A stretch of DNA of 64,000 nucleotides from a virus (lineage: Duplodnaviria; Heunggongvirae; Uroviricota; Caudoviricetes): the IMG/VR virus record IMGVR_UViG_3300028048_000100, positions 33,214 through 97,213 of that record. One strand, given 5' to 3'. Shown here piece by piece: positions 44,667 to 54,132 of this stretch; positions within the stretch are counted from its first letter, which is position 1, and each line of letters begins with the position of its first letter. The translations under genes and the position numbers were made by a program. The notes under the pieces are model-generated. The model made no database searches. It was not told the DNA's origin and saw only the letters and a list, made by a program, of their open reading frames with translations.

Positions 44667-47600
44667 ATGAAAGAGAACATATCACTTGAGCAATCATTAC
44701 AGGCGTATCGTGTAATGAATACTCCGACTGAGCTCTCGTGGAAGCAACACTGGGCCAAGGAAACATTCACGTGCGACAGCTACATAGACTGCTCCGACGA
44801 AGAGAAGGCGCAATTCAATAAGCGTCTGCAAGAGGGTGAGATCACTCTCGCTCCTATTAACTTGCCCGGCGGTCAGATGGGTGAACTTAGCACGCTACAA
44901 ACATTAGTTGAGCGGCTATACGATATTCGTTATAAGGACACCCCGAAGATTCGTCGTATGGTAATCTTCTCCTCTCGTACTGGTGAGCGACCTGCTGGTA
45001 AGAACCGCGCATTTGAACTATGGAACGGATTTCAGGTAATCGACTTGGATATCAAAGATGCAACAATGGCTAATAAGTTAAAGCAGCATCTGTTTGATAG
45101 CCTCAAGTCTTGCAACTGGTTCCTTGGTGTAGCCCTATCCTCATCTGGTAAGGGTTTGCATGTCTATACTAAGATTACGGTTCCAGAAGCTGATGCAGAT
45201 GACACTCGTAAGCGTAAGATGCTATATCTGACTAACTTCCGTCACAAATACTCTTATGTATATATCGTACTCAATAACGGGTGCAAGCAATTCGGATACA
45301 CCAAAGAGGATATCCTTAAGTGGATGGACTTGGCTATGTTCAAGCCACAGCAGGGCGCTTTCATTGGTTACGACCCTCATCCATTGATTAGTACTCATTA
45401 CTTTGAGGATTTCATTTACGTAAACTTCGACAACGAGCAGAGCATTGGTTCCGCTATGGACTGGCTGACATATCCAGATCTGAAAGAGATCTTTAAGAGA
45501 TGGGAGTGGTTTGAGGATGATGACCAGGCCGATATCAAGATTGAGGTCCAATCAGCAGGAGATTTGGAGTACGATACTAAGAACAAAGTACACTATAAGC
45601 ACAAAGAGCGTTGGCGTTTGGCTAATACCCTTGTAAAACTATATGGCATAGACAAGGGTTATCGTTATCTCCGCATGATATGCTCTAACTCAGTAAGTGA
45701 CAAAGAGCTGCAGGCGGACTGTATCACTGCGTCTCGCCACGACAAGCCTGTAGATGTGTGGGCTGTTAACCGATTGAACAGCCAGCATGGATTCAAGATC
45801 AAGCTCAATGTGCAGGCAGAACAGTTTGATGAGTCAGAGATATACAAATCAGTAGACAGCATTGACAATCCAACAATCATTCGCGAGTCTGAGAAACTAA
45901 TGACGTTTAATATTAAGAAGGATGAATATCTTGGTAATATTAAATGGCAACTATTGGCTAATATCGGGCGAGTTACTCTTATCGAGGCTGGTGCTGGTGT
46001 GGGCAAGACCGAAATGGTCAAGTCTCTAGTACGTGACGGCAAGAAGGTCGTTCTCGTTATGCCGTTTACATCTACTATTAAGTCTAAGGTAGAGGGCGAT
46101 AAGGACTGGTTATATGCGTATGGTAATCACAAGGTACGCCTCGATCAAACACCAGGTGTGGCCATGACTATTGATAAGTTCTCTCATCTCAATCTGATGG
46201 ATATCAAGGCATGTGGCTTCGACTATATCATCATAGACGAGTCTCACCTTATGTTTCAATCAGAATACCGACCTGTTATGACTCGCGTTATTGAGATGGT
46301 TCGTAACACAGAAGTGCCTATTATCCTCATGTCTGGTACTCCAAGTGGTGAGTTAGTATTCTTCCCAGATATCGTGCACCTCAAAGTTAATAAAGAGGAA
46401 ACACGTCAAAAGGAGTTTCATGTGTTCTTTACCCAGAGCAATGATGACTTAAAGATGTATATGTGCAAGGCGATGGCCAAGGACATTGCTGAAGGACGGC
46501 GCATTCTATTCCCGACAAATAAGGGTACACTATTTTCAAAGGAAATCAAGGCAGCAGTACAGTACTTCTTGGAGACTGACCATTTCTTATTTGATGAAGT
46601 CAAGCTGAACTATTACAAGAAGTCTAATGTGGGTGAGAAATTCATGGATGATGTCAACTTCCAGAAGACTATCAAGAAAACGCAGATACTAATGTGTTCG
46701 TCTTATCTATCTGTGGGTGTAGACATCCTCGATAAGTATAAGTTTGCTATCTACTTTGATGACTTGATGATGCCACAGGAGGTGGAGCAGTTTGCTAACC
46801 GCTTACGCTCAAACGACCTATTCATCAACTTATATGTGTCTCGGTTTGATTCGGACGGCAACTCCAAGAACCTCAACAAGTTCCGCGATATCAACTTCAA
46901 GTTGAATGATGAAGAGATAAAGAATATACACTCTATCCTCCGCATCTGCAACTCTATGATTGAACGTAACCCAGTAGAGTATCGGTACAATACGCTGATC
47001 AGCTCTATTGTAAATAGCAATAAATTCATTGAATACAATGAGATAGACAACAAGTACTACCTCAATGAGATTGCGTATAAGACTATTTACTTCGAGCGTA
47101 AATATCGAGAATATGTGCAACAATTGCCTGTACTTATGAAAGGCATGAAATCATATGGATACTTACTTTCTTCTAAGGATCTACCTGCATTTGAAAACAA
47201 GGAGATCATGGGAGATGTTAAGACCAAAAGCAAACAGGCATATGATGAGCAGGTAACACAGAACTCCGATGATATTATCGAACTCCTAGATCTTATCACA
47301 GAGGACCGTCTAGAACTATACAAAGATGTTATGGCCGGTCACTATGAGATCAAGAAGGGTCCAGAGTGGAAGGAGGATCCCGAGAACAAACTCATGATGG
47401 TGAAGAATATTGAGATGTTTGAAAAAGTGGTACCAATCTGCGTGTCCATGTCTAAGATGTTTACAGTGGAAGATATCAAGGACATATTTATGCACTGTAG
47501 AAGTAGAAATACATTCAACTTCGCTGCCATAGGACGTATTCGTATGCTAATCAACTTGGTTTATAACAATAAGATCAAGCGCTTGGACTTACCTATTCAA

Positions 47601-47999
47601 GAGTTTATGGAGAGTGTATACAAATTCTCTGAGCTGGGTACTGTACACAAGGCTGAGGTGTCTAAATTCATCCGCAACTTCGCAACCAAATACGCTATTA
47701 ACGCTTCTTCTATGGATATTATCATCACGCGATCTGAGATAACCATGAAGGAATTGATCGAGACATTCACCAATATGTTTAAGTGTTTGGTTGATGTATC
47801 TCGTCCAGATAAAGAAGGTAATGTCAAGCTTAAAAAAGTAGAGTTGTTGTGGAAGGAACGCGAGGAGTATAACCGTAGCGACGAGTATCAAGCAGAGAAA
47901 CTATTCGTACTGGCTGAGTTCTTACAGGGAGCGCAAATTCAAACGCAAGTTGTGGACGATTCCTCGGATGATTCCTCGGATGATTTTAACGTTGGTTGA
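44667..47999 (+). CDS. DNA primase (AEP/prim-pol) fused to an SF2 helicase
   Basis: AEP motifs 'VIDLDIKD' and 'SSSGKGLHVY'. Helicase Walker A 'EAGAGVGKTEM' and DExH 'IIIDESH'. C-terminal DDSSDDSSDD tail. Confidence 0.7.
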   Translation: MKENISLEQSLQAYRVMNTPTELSWKQHWAKETFTCDSYIDCSDEEKAQFNKRLQEGEITLAPINLPGGQMGELSTLQTLVERLYDIRYKDTPKIRRMVIFSSRTGERPAGKNRAFELWNGFQVIDLDIKDATMANKLKQHLFDSLKSCNWFLGVALSSSGKGLHVYTKITVPEADADDTRKRKMLYLTNFRHKYSYVYIVLNNGCKQFGYTKEDILKWMDLAMFKPQQGAFIGYDPHPLISTHYFEDFIYVNFDNEQSIGSAMDWLTYPDLKEIFKRWEWFEDDDQADIKIEVQSAGDLEYDTKNKVHYKHKERWRLANTLVKLYGIDKGYRYLRMICSNSVSDKELQADCITASRHDKPVDVWAVNRLNSQHGFKIKLNVQAEQFDESEIYKSVDSIDNPTIIRESEKLMTFNIKKDEYLGNIKWQLLANIGRVTLIEAGAGVGKTEMVKSLVRDGKKVVLVMPFTSTIKSKVEGDKDWLYAYGNHKVRLDQTPGVAMTIDKFSHLNLMDIKACGFDYIIIDESHLMFQSEYRPVMTRVIEMVRNTEVPIILMSGTPSGELVFFPDIVHLKVNKEETRQKEFHVFFTQSNDDLKMYMCKAMAKDIAEGRRILFPTNKGTLFSKEIKAAVQYFLETDHFLFDEVKLNYYKKSNVGEKFMDDVNFQKTIKKTQILMCSSYLSVGVDILDKYKFAIYFDDLMMPQEVEQFANRLRSNDLFINLYVSRFDSDGNSKNLNKFRDINFKLNDEEIKNIHSILRICNSMIERNPVEYRYNTLISSIVNSNKFIEYNEIDNKYYLNEIAYKTIYFERKYREYVQQLPVLMKGMKSYGYLLSSKDLPAFENKEIMGDVKTKSKQAYDEQVTQNSDDIIELLDLITEDRLELYKDVMAGHYEIKKGPEWKEDPENKLMMVKNIEMFEKVVPICVSMSKMFTVEDIKDIFMHCRSRNTFNFAAIGRIRMLINLVYNNKIKRLDLPIQEFMESVYKFSELGTVHKAEVSKFIRNFATKYAINASSMDIIITRSEITMKELIETFTNMFKCLVDVSRPDKEGNVKLKKVELLWKEREEYNRSDEYQAEKLFVLAEFLQGAQIQTQVVDDSSDDSSDDFNVG

Positions 48000-48056
48000 T
48001 TATTATTGTAAATTTTCTAATGATTTTCAATATATTCGTTATAGTAAACTGTATAC

Positions 48057-49268
48057 ATGAAGCCAACGCAGATTAGGAGAGGAATCAGCTCTTTCATAAA
48101 GAGTAACAAAGAAGCAGTAACAAAATATGAATTAGAATGTGACGATACTTTTGAGAATAATACTGATGATATCGTTTTTTTGTTGAGCAAATTGGATAAC
48201 TTAGACGACACTAAAACAATATTATATCGGGCATTATACAACTCTATAGTAAATCACGTACATATATTAGATAGCCTGGACACGGTCGTTACACTTCGTA
48301 ACATGGGTGCAGACGATTCGGATAAATCACTTAACTTCTATTTCGACGAGATCAATCAGATATATGAGAACAATCATAATGAATATGATCTCGTATACTG
48401 TGAAGAGAACCTTGACAAGCTTATCCAGATGAACCTTAAAACGGTAATTTCTATTGCGAAGAAATACCAGAACAAAGGTCTTAGTCTGGAAGACTTAATA
48501 CAAGCAGGCAATGAAGGATTGGTGGTGTGCGCGAAGGGAGACTCTAAAACAGGCAAGCCAAAGTACGATCCAAAGCGAGCTACGTTGAAAGAAGATGCAC
48601 TTGCGGATCTAGGTACTCTGCCAGACGACGCCACCGTAGAAGAGATCGACATGCTACTCGATAAATGGTTCACGTATGGTAAGCTAAAAAAGAAATTCGA
48701 CGAGGATTTCCCATCACATAGATATACAAAAGCAGAAGTGGAAGAATGGGTTAAGAAAAATGTAGTCAATGCAAAGTTCAACTCAGTAGCATCTATGTGG
48801 ATCCGTGCATATATACTCATGTCTCTCAATGATGAGTCACGCACAGTAAAGATTCCCAAAGCGGAAATCGACAAAGAAGCAAAAGAAACCGGCACTTACA
48901 AACGTGAGGAAAAAGTAGATATAGATGCTCCAATATCCAGCGAAGACTCTCGCACATATAGTGATATGTTAAGCGAAGAGGAGCAGGCTAGCAATATGGA
49001 GATCAGCGAAGCGCAAGACGAGTTCAAACGTGGTCTGAATAAGTTGTTAGATGGGGTTAAACCGAGAGATAGAGCGGTATTCCTAAAGAAGTTCGGAATT
49101 GGGTTGCCGAGGCCGATGTTACCACGCGAAATAGCTGAACAAGAAGGTCTGTCTATTGCCCGTGTATCACAGATATTTCAAACAGTCGAGCAGCAGATAG
49201 TCAAGAATCAAGCTAAATACGACGTGGATATTGAGAGACTGTTAGAATCGGCTAAAGCACTCCGATAG
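48057..49268 (+). CDS. sigma-70 family RNA polymerase sigma factor
   Basis: Region 2 'ISIAKKYQNKGLSLEDLIQAGNEGLVVCAKGD'. Region 4 HTH 'REIAEQEGLSIARVSQIFQTVEQ'. Confidence 0.75.
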   Translation: MKPTQIRRGISSFIKSNKEAVTKYELECDDTFENNTDDIVFLLSKLDNLDDTKTILYRALYNSIVNHVHILDSLDTVVTLRNMGADDSDKSLNFYFDEINQIYENNHNEYDLVYCEENLDKLIQMNLKTVISIAKKYQNKGLSLEDLIQAGNEGLVVCAKGDSKTGKPKYDPKRATLKEDALADLGTLPDDATVEEIDMLLDKWFTYGKLKKKFDEDFPSHRYTKAEVEEWVKKNVVNAKFNSVASMWIRAYILMSLNDESRTVKIPKAEIDKEAKETGTYKREEKVDIDAPISSEDSRTYSDMLSEEEQASNMEISEAQDEFKRGLNKLLDGVKPRDRAVFLKKFGIGLPRPMLPREIAEQEGLSIARVSQIFQTVEQQIVKNQAKYDVDIERLLESAKALR

Positions 49269-49285
49269 ATTTGTTATTTTAACTT

Positions 49286-49576
49286 ATGAGCAGAAGTCTG
49301 AAAAACAGAAGATTAAAACACGGTGCACATTTTCACTGGGTAAACTACAGTTCCAATAAACAGGACAAGCAATACGCAAACCGATCCATGCGGCGTAACA
49401 ACCGCATTAGAATTAAACTCGGGAAAGAACCGTATCACAGCCTTAGAGAAGTGTGTGACAATTGGAATTTTAACAGCGATGGTGGATGCTCATATGTTAA
49501 CTTCTTAGGTAGCAGATATGGATACAAAGGAGAACCATACTCAAAAGAAGATATTAGACTAATTAACAGGAAATGA
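49286..49576 (+). CDS. small basic protein (96 aa)
   Basis: ORF with ATGA coupling to the next gene. Confidence 0.45.
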   Translation: MSRSLKNRRLKHGAHFHWVNYSSNKQDKQYANRSMRRNNRIRIKLGKEPYHSLREVCDNWNFNSDGGCSYVNFLGSRYGYKGEPYSKEDIRLINRK

Positions 49577-50421
49577 ATAAAACTAAGTACATAGGTATCA
49601 GGGGTCACCGTGGCTCAGGTAAGAGCACAGTGGCTTATCTACTAGGCAATATCATTCAGTGGTTACTGGACAACTACATGACCAAACAGGGTTTGAATAT
49701 GAAGTATGCAACAGAGCTTACTAATGACCCGGTATTTACGGTTTCTTATCGTGTTTGGTGTGAATGTATCAAAACAGATGAGCAATTTGCATTGTCAGAC
49801 ATGAACAGCAACAATGTATACCTCGAAACATTTGGTAACACACCGAAGATGCTGATAGAGTTATTAACTGATATGCCACATGAATACTTCAATTCAGACT
49901 ACTATAAGGATCATGTGGTAGTTAACATTTCAGACTTCACTTGGAAGGTATCTGAAGATCCATCTCATGAGGTTACATATGACTATGAAGCTCTATTGGA
50001 TGAGATTGAACGCGGAAACATCACCGAAGTAGATGATGAGAACATTTATCTGACACTTCGTGACCTTATCGTATACTTTGCAACGGTCAGCATGAAGTAC
50101 CTCGGACGTAGTGTTTGGGTTAAGACTGTTAAGTGTAACGAGAAGAAATATGACCAATATGAGGACTATTACAATATTGGGACTCGTTATAAGATATTTG
50201 CCGACATCAAGGCGCCATCCGAGCTCGACTACGTTCGTAACCAAGGTGGAACTATCATCTTAGTAGAACGCCCTGAGTTTAAGAAGAAGGCGAAAGGTGT
50301 ATCCACATTGGATCACGACGATCGCTGCGATTATCGCGTGACGATTAACAAAGATATCTTGGATGATGACGAGCTAAAATCACAATTGGTTGGGATTGCA
50401 ATAGATTTAGTACGAGAGTGA
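49573..50421 (+). CDS. P-loop kinase (dNMP-kinase-like)
   Basis: Walker A 'GIRGHRGSGKSTVAYLL' at the N-terminus. Confidence 0.5.
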   Translation: MNKTKYIGIRGHRGSGKSTVAYLLGNIIQWLLDNYMTKQGLNMKYATELTNDPVFTVSYRVWCECIKTDEQFALSDMNSNNVYLETFGNTPKMLIELLTDMPHEYFNSDYYKDHVVVNISDFTWKVSEDPSHEVTYDYEALLDEIERGNITEVDDENIYLTLRDLIVYFATVSMKYLGRSVWVKTVKCNEKKYDQYEDYYNIGTRYKIFADIKAPSELDYVRNQGGTIILVERPEFKKKAKGVSTLDHDDRCDYRVTINKDILDDDELKSQLVGIAIDLVRE

Positions 50422-50430
50422 CATGTAAAA

Positions 50431-50472
50431 ATGCGCATAATTCGCATTTTCTTGCGATTTAACGAGAGATCT
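50431..50472. promoter_or_regulatory. conserved element TTGCGATTTAAC-N4-GATCTC (copy 3)
   Basis: aatgcgcataattcgcattttcTTGCGATTTAACgagaGATCTC. It contains the 8-bp palindrome GAGATCTC. Confidence 0.5.
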
Positions 50473-50503
50473 CATTGAAAGTGATGATCTATATCAAAAA
50501 CAA

Positions 50504-50534
50504 AAAAGAGGAGCTTAAAACTCCTCTTTTATTA
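50504..50534. terminator. bidirectional rho-independent terminator
   Basis: aaaagaggag-cttaaaa-ctcctctttt, flanked by A/T runs, between convergent genes. Confidence 0.65.
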
Positions 50535-50822
50535 TGCCTTCGCGCCAATCACTGAACCAACAACTGCACAAATTGTACGCGATGTTAGTATGTTATAGAT
50601 TGGCCCATCCGTTACGCCTAGTGCTTTACAAATGGCTTTCATGACAGATGCGCCGATTGTTGCGCCTGCTAGACCGCCTACTAATGAGCCCAAGAATCCT
50701 TCGTCTACGTTGTTCTCTTTGATCGCTTGTGCAATCTTATCAGATACCTCCTCGACTACTTTCTCGTCAATTGGTTCGTTTTTTGCCAGGCTTTCATTTA
50801 GTTTTTCAGATAATCCTTTCAT
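50532..50822 (-). CDS. MKxL..LxE-leader family; glycine-zipper small membrane protein
   Basis: N-term MKGLSEKLNESL. The C-terminus has GSLVGGLAGATIGASV and GSVIGAKA. Confidence 0.55.
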   Translation of the reverse strand: MKGLSEKLNESLAKNEPIDEKVVEEVSDKIAQAIKENNVDEGFLGSLVGGLAGATIGASVMKAICKALGVTDGPIYNILTSRTICAVVGSVIGAKA

Positions 50823-50832
50823 AGCTATTCGT

Positions 50833-51441
50833 TTATTGGCCCATCAGTTTGTAAACCAAGTCATGGTCTTCCAATGACATGTCTGTGTCTGCGATTGTGT
50901 AGATTGCAAAATAGTCATCCTTCTCCAAGAACTTGTCGAAGTTGCTCTTATTATGCTTGCGCAATTCACCTTCTTTGTCATATATGGTTGCGATTTGATT
51001 GGCAAGATTTTGAAGTACGCTGTCATCTATCTTTTTAGGATAGTCCGGGCAGTTAACCTTAGCACGCTTCTGGAGCACGTCGAGAATCATGGACTCTGCA
51101 GTAGCAGCATCGACTGATTCATTAACACTCTCTCGGATGCTCCATAGTTTGTGAATCTTGTCCTGATACTCCTGGTCGGCAGCATCTGCCATGCTAAGGA
51201 TATCGTCCTCTACATAACTAATGAATGAATCAACAGTCTTGTGGTTAAGGAGCTCCTCTTCGTTTTCATACCAGTCAAGCACTTCGTTAGCAAGATCACG
51301 AAGATCGTCATCACTCATATGGGCACGAGATTCCTTGTTCTTTGTTGCAAGAAGATCGAATATGGCTTTTTCAGCATCGGTATTGCTGATTCCACGCGCT
51401 TCGTTTAAGCTCTCAATGAGCATGTCTTTTAAATCCTTCAT
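50833..51441 (-). CDS. MKxL..LxE-leader family acidic protein
   Basis: N-term MKDLKDMLIESL. Confidence 0.55.
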   Translation of the reverse strand: MKDLKDMLIESLNEARGISNTDAEKAIFDLLATKNKESRAHMSDDDLRDLANEVLDWYENEEELLNHKTVDSFISYVEDDILSMADAADQEYQDKIHKLWSIRESVNESVDAATAESMILDVLQKRAKVNCPDYPKKIDDSVLQNLANQIATIYDKEGELRKHNKSNFDKFLEKDDYFAIYTIADTDMSLEDHDLVYKLMGQ

Positions 51442-51445
51442 GTCT

Positions 51446-52051
51446 TTATGACTTTATTCCGAAGAGCTTGCCGCAATCAGTTGCGACTGGCCCATAGCTT
51501 GGCTGCTGGCCTATTTCATTCTCGAGATTCTCGTCGTTGAATGGGATGATAACGATGTATTTCACGTCACTGTGTTTCCACATATCCTTAACAGCCTTGT
51601 CCACTTTTATCTGTAAACCCTCGTTGGTGTGTTCGCTCATGCTCTCGTTTAAAAACTCGACTAAGCTTCTCATCGGTTTATCTGCACTCTCTCTCAATAC
51701 TTTGAGTTTATACAGGGTAGAATCGATAAGAGATAGAATGGCATCCACATCACTCTTGAGCTCGTCTTCTTTGAGGAACTTTTTGCCATCCTCAGCCAGT
51801 TCTCTGAGTGATTCGAGGTATTCGATAGCATTCATCTTATCAGTTGACATCACATTCTTGAGGTTCTTAACCACACCATGAATGCCCTGATACTCTTCGA
51901 TGAGTGAATCTACGAGATCAACAACCTTTTCATAGAACTCATTTAGAGCAATGTGCGAACTATATTTGTCGGTCTTGAGATGGGCTTTCCAGGCTTCTAC
52001 CATAGAACCCTGAAGTGTTCCTAAATATTCTTCAATCGTTTCAACTTTCAT
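51446..52051 (-). CDS. hypothetical acidic protein (201 aa)
   Basis: N-term MKVETIEEYL. Lies in the same coupled block. Confidence 0.55.
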   Translation of the reverse strand: MKVETIEEYLGTLQGSMVEAWKAHLKTDKYSSHIALNEFYEKVVDLVDSLIEEYQGIHGVVKNLKNVMSTDKMNAIEYLESLRELAEDGKKFLKEDELKSDVDAILSLIDSTLYKLKVLRESADKPMRSLVEFLNESMSEHTNEGLQIKVDKAVKDMWKHSDVKYIVIIPFNDENLENEIGQQPSYGPVATDCGKLFGIKS

Positions 52052-52063
52052 ACCTTTTGTTTC

Positions 52064-52408
52064 TTATTTCAGACAGATGTATGACACGTTATTAACTACC
52101 TTAACATCCTGAGGCTTCATACTCAATAGAGCTGAGTACTCATCATCGTCAGTGCCAAGTAGATCTTGATAATCCTCGATCGAATTGAACGCAACAACAA
52201 ACACTGCACCTTCGTATTGATCAAAGGAGAGGAATGCACGCTTGTACTTCTTGAAACCTTCTGCTGCATCGAGAGTAGTATATGCTGCCCCCTTGGAAGC
52301 TTCCCATTGAATTGCATTTGCAAGGGGTTGTTTTTCCTCGTTTATGTCATTTGTATTTTGCTCATTGACTTCGAGCTGCTCTTTCAGCATTTCACCTAGA
52401 TCCTTCAT
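52064..52408 (-). CDS. MKxL..LxE-leader family protein
   Basis: N-term MKDLGEMLKEQL. Confidence 0.55.
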   Translation of the reverse strand: MKDLGEMLKEQLEVNEQNTNDINEEKQPLANAIQWEASKGAAYTTLDAAEGFKKYKRAFLSFDQYEGAVFVVAFNSIEDYQDLLGTDDDEYSALLSMKPQDVKVVNNVSYICLK

Positions 52409-52410
52409 GA

Positions 52411-52680
52411 TTATTTGATGATATTTTTAGCCCAATCAATGTGTTTGTCGATATCGTATTCTTTTGCAATTTTCTCGAGGGTATCCTTTACTTCTTTGTG
52501 AGTAAACTCGATACCTTCATCATCCCATGCGTCTTTGAGACCCTGAGTGATGCGTTCTTCCAGAATATATTGCAAAGATTTCCAACCTCTACGTTCGTTG
52601 ACGTCGGTATGAGGAGTCTCCTGGTTGTCATCTTGTTTAACACCCAAGGATTCTTTCAATGTTTCTTCTAGACTTTTCAT
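52411..52680 (-). CDS. MKxL..LxE-leader family protein
   Basis: N-term MKSLEETLKESL. Confidence 0.55.
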   Translation of the reverse strand: MKSLEETLKESLGVKQDDNQETPHTDVNERRGWKSLQYILEERITQGLKDAWDDEGIEFTHKEVKDTLEKIAKEYDIDKHIDWAKNIIK

Positions 52681-52705
52681 TATCTCGTGATTTAATTTGA
52701 CTTAG

Positions 52706-52852
52706 TTATAAAGGCTTTACATCGAATGTAAGACCATTTGCAAGAGTCACCATCTTATAGCCAGGATTCTCTTCAATATCAACCGCTGTGCATACTGCGG
52801 AAGGGTTGATGTATAGGCGTTTGCCATCTAATGTTTCGTAATTAGGTTCCAT
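52706..52852 (-). CDS. small hypothetical protein (48 aa)
   Basis: Found by hand translation: MEPNYETLDGKRLY…VKPL. Not in the track, which only lists ORFs of 60 aa or longer. Confidence 0.3.
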   Translation of the reverse strand: MEPNYETLDGKRLYINPSAVCTAVDIEENPGYKMVTLANGLTFDVKPL

Positions 52853-52898
52853 ACAAATATAATAAAATTTATCATACGTTATTAAATAACTTTCGCTT

Positions 52899-53315
52899 GT
52901 GAATATATTTATTCAAATAATTATAACTATGGACCAAACAATTAAAGACAATTGGCTAGAATGCGTCCAGAATTTTGACGCTCAGGTTGAGGATGTGTAT
53001 ATTTTGCTTAACCCATTAAGTGATATCAAGCGGTTCTACGAACTTGTCAACAATATGTTCACAATAGAGGGTACCAGTGAGAATGGTGTATCACTCAAGC
53101 GCAGATCCGTTAGGATACTTGCAGCTAAGTATATATTAGAGTGTGAAAAAGATGCGAAATCTGACACGCCACAAACAACAGTTATTACATATCCGCTAAA
53201 CCAACCCATACCTACATCCCCGGCTACTCCACTGCCTTGGTGGCAACAGCCAATTTACTGCACCAGTGATGGAAGGAATATTCCATATAATCAGGCAAAC
53301 AATACAGTACAATGA
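52899..53315 (+). CDS. hypothetical protein (138 aa)
   Basis: ORF with ATGA coupling to the phosphoesterase gene. Confidence 0.5.
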   Translation: MNIFIQIIITMDQTIKDNWLECVQNFDAQVEDVYILLNPLSDIKRFYELVNNMFTIEGTSENGVSLKRRSVRILAAKYILECEKDAKSDTPQTTVITYPLNQPIPTSPATPLPWWQQPIYCTSDGRNIPYNQANNTVQ

Positions 53316-54118
53316 AAACATATGACAAATGCAATATCATCGGAGATACTCATGGTCTGACTTTGTGGAAGGACTTAGTTATTGATGATGCGGTTAATGT
53401 GTTTGTTGGAGACTACTTCTCACCACACCGGTTTATTCCTTATGAAGATGTGGAGAAGAACTTCTTGGAAATTATTGAATATAAGAAGAAACATCCTCAA
53501 ACTGTATTGCTCATCGGTAATCATGACGAAGATCATTGGCACATCTGTGAGATCTATCAGCGCCATCATTTCGAACATCGGACAGAGATTCAGCAGTTGT
53601 TCGAGACAAACAAAGATCTGTTTCAGATGGCATATTCTTTTAAAAACCAGATCTTAGTTACGCATGCCGGTGTCAGTAAGGGCTGGTATGAGTCGCGTAT
53701 CGTCGGAGATAACCTCGAAGAAGAAGATCGTCTCAAACTCACACCAGACAAAGTGGCAGAGGAGATCAATCGGGTGTGGCATGAAGACCCTCGAGTAAAC
53801 TTCTCATACGCTACTAACCGCAAAATGAGTGACTACGGAGCATACTCAAGTCTCCAGTCACCGATATGGATTCGCTTCAGTGCCTTGAAGGACTTCAATC
53901 TATTTGCCGGTATGCCGCACATTCAAGTGTTTGGACATACTATGGTAGAGAGTATCGAATCATACTGCGATGGATATAATGTTTTCAAAGGCAATCTATA
54001 TGATGTGGATTGTCTGGAAACCACCAGAGAAAGCTTGCTTATTGAAATTGGAAAAGATCGTGTAAGACACGTATATCATTATCAAGTTGCAGATCCACCG
54101 CCTGCAGACCAATTGTAA
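53312..54118 (+). CDS. calcineurin-like metallophosphoesterase / Ser-Thr phosphatase
   Basis: Motifs 'IIGDTHG', 'VFVGDYF' and 'LIGNHDE' match GDxHG…GDxxDR…GNHE. Confidence 0.65.
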   Translation: MKTYDKCNIIGDTHGLTLWKDLVIDDAVNVFVGDYFSPHRFIPYEDVEKNFLEIIEYKKKHPQTVLLIGNHDEDHWHICEIYQRHHFEHRTEIQQLFETNKDLFQMAYSFKNQILVTHAGVSKGWYESRIVGDNLEEEDRLKLTPDKVAEEINRVWHEDPRVNFSYATNRKMSDYGAYSSLQSPIWIRFSALKDFNLFAGMPHIQVFGHTMVESIESYCDGYNVFKGNLYDVDCLETTRESLLIEIGKDRVRHVYHYQVADPPPADQL

Positions 54119-54132
54119 ACAAACACAATAAA

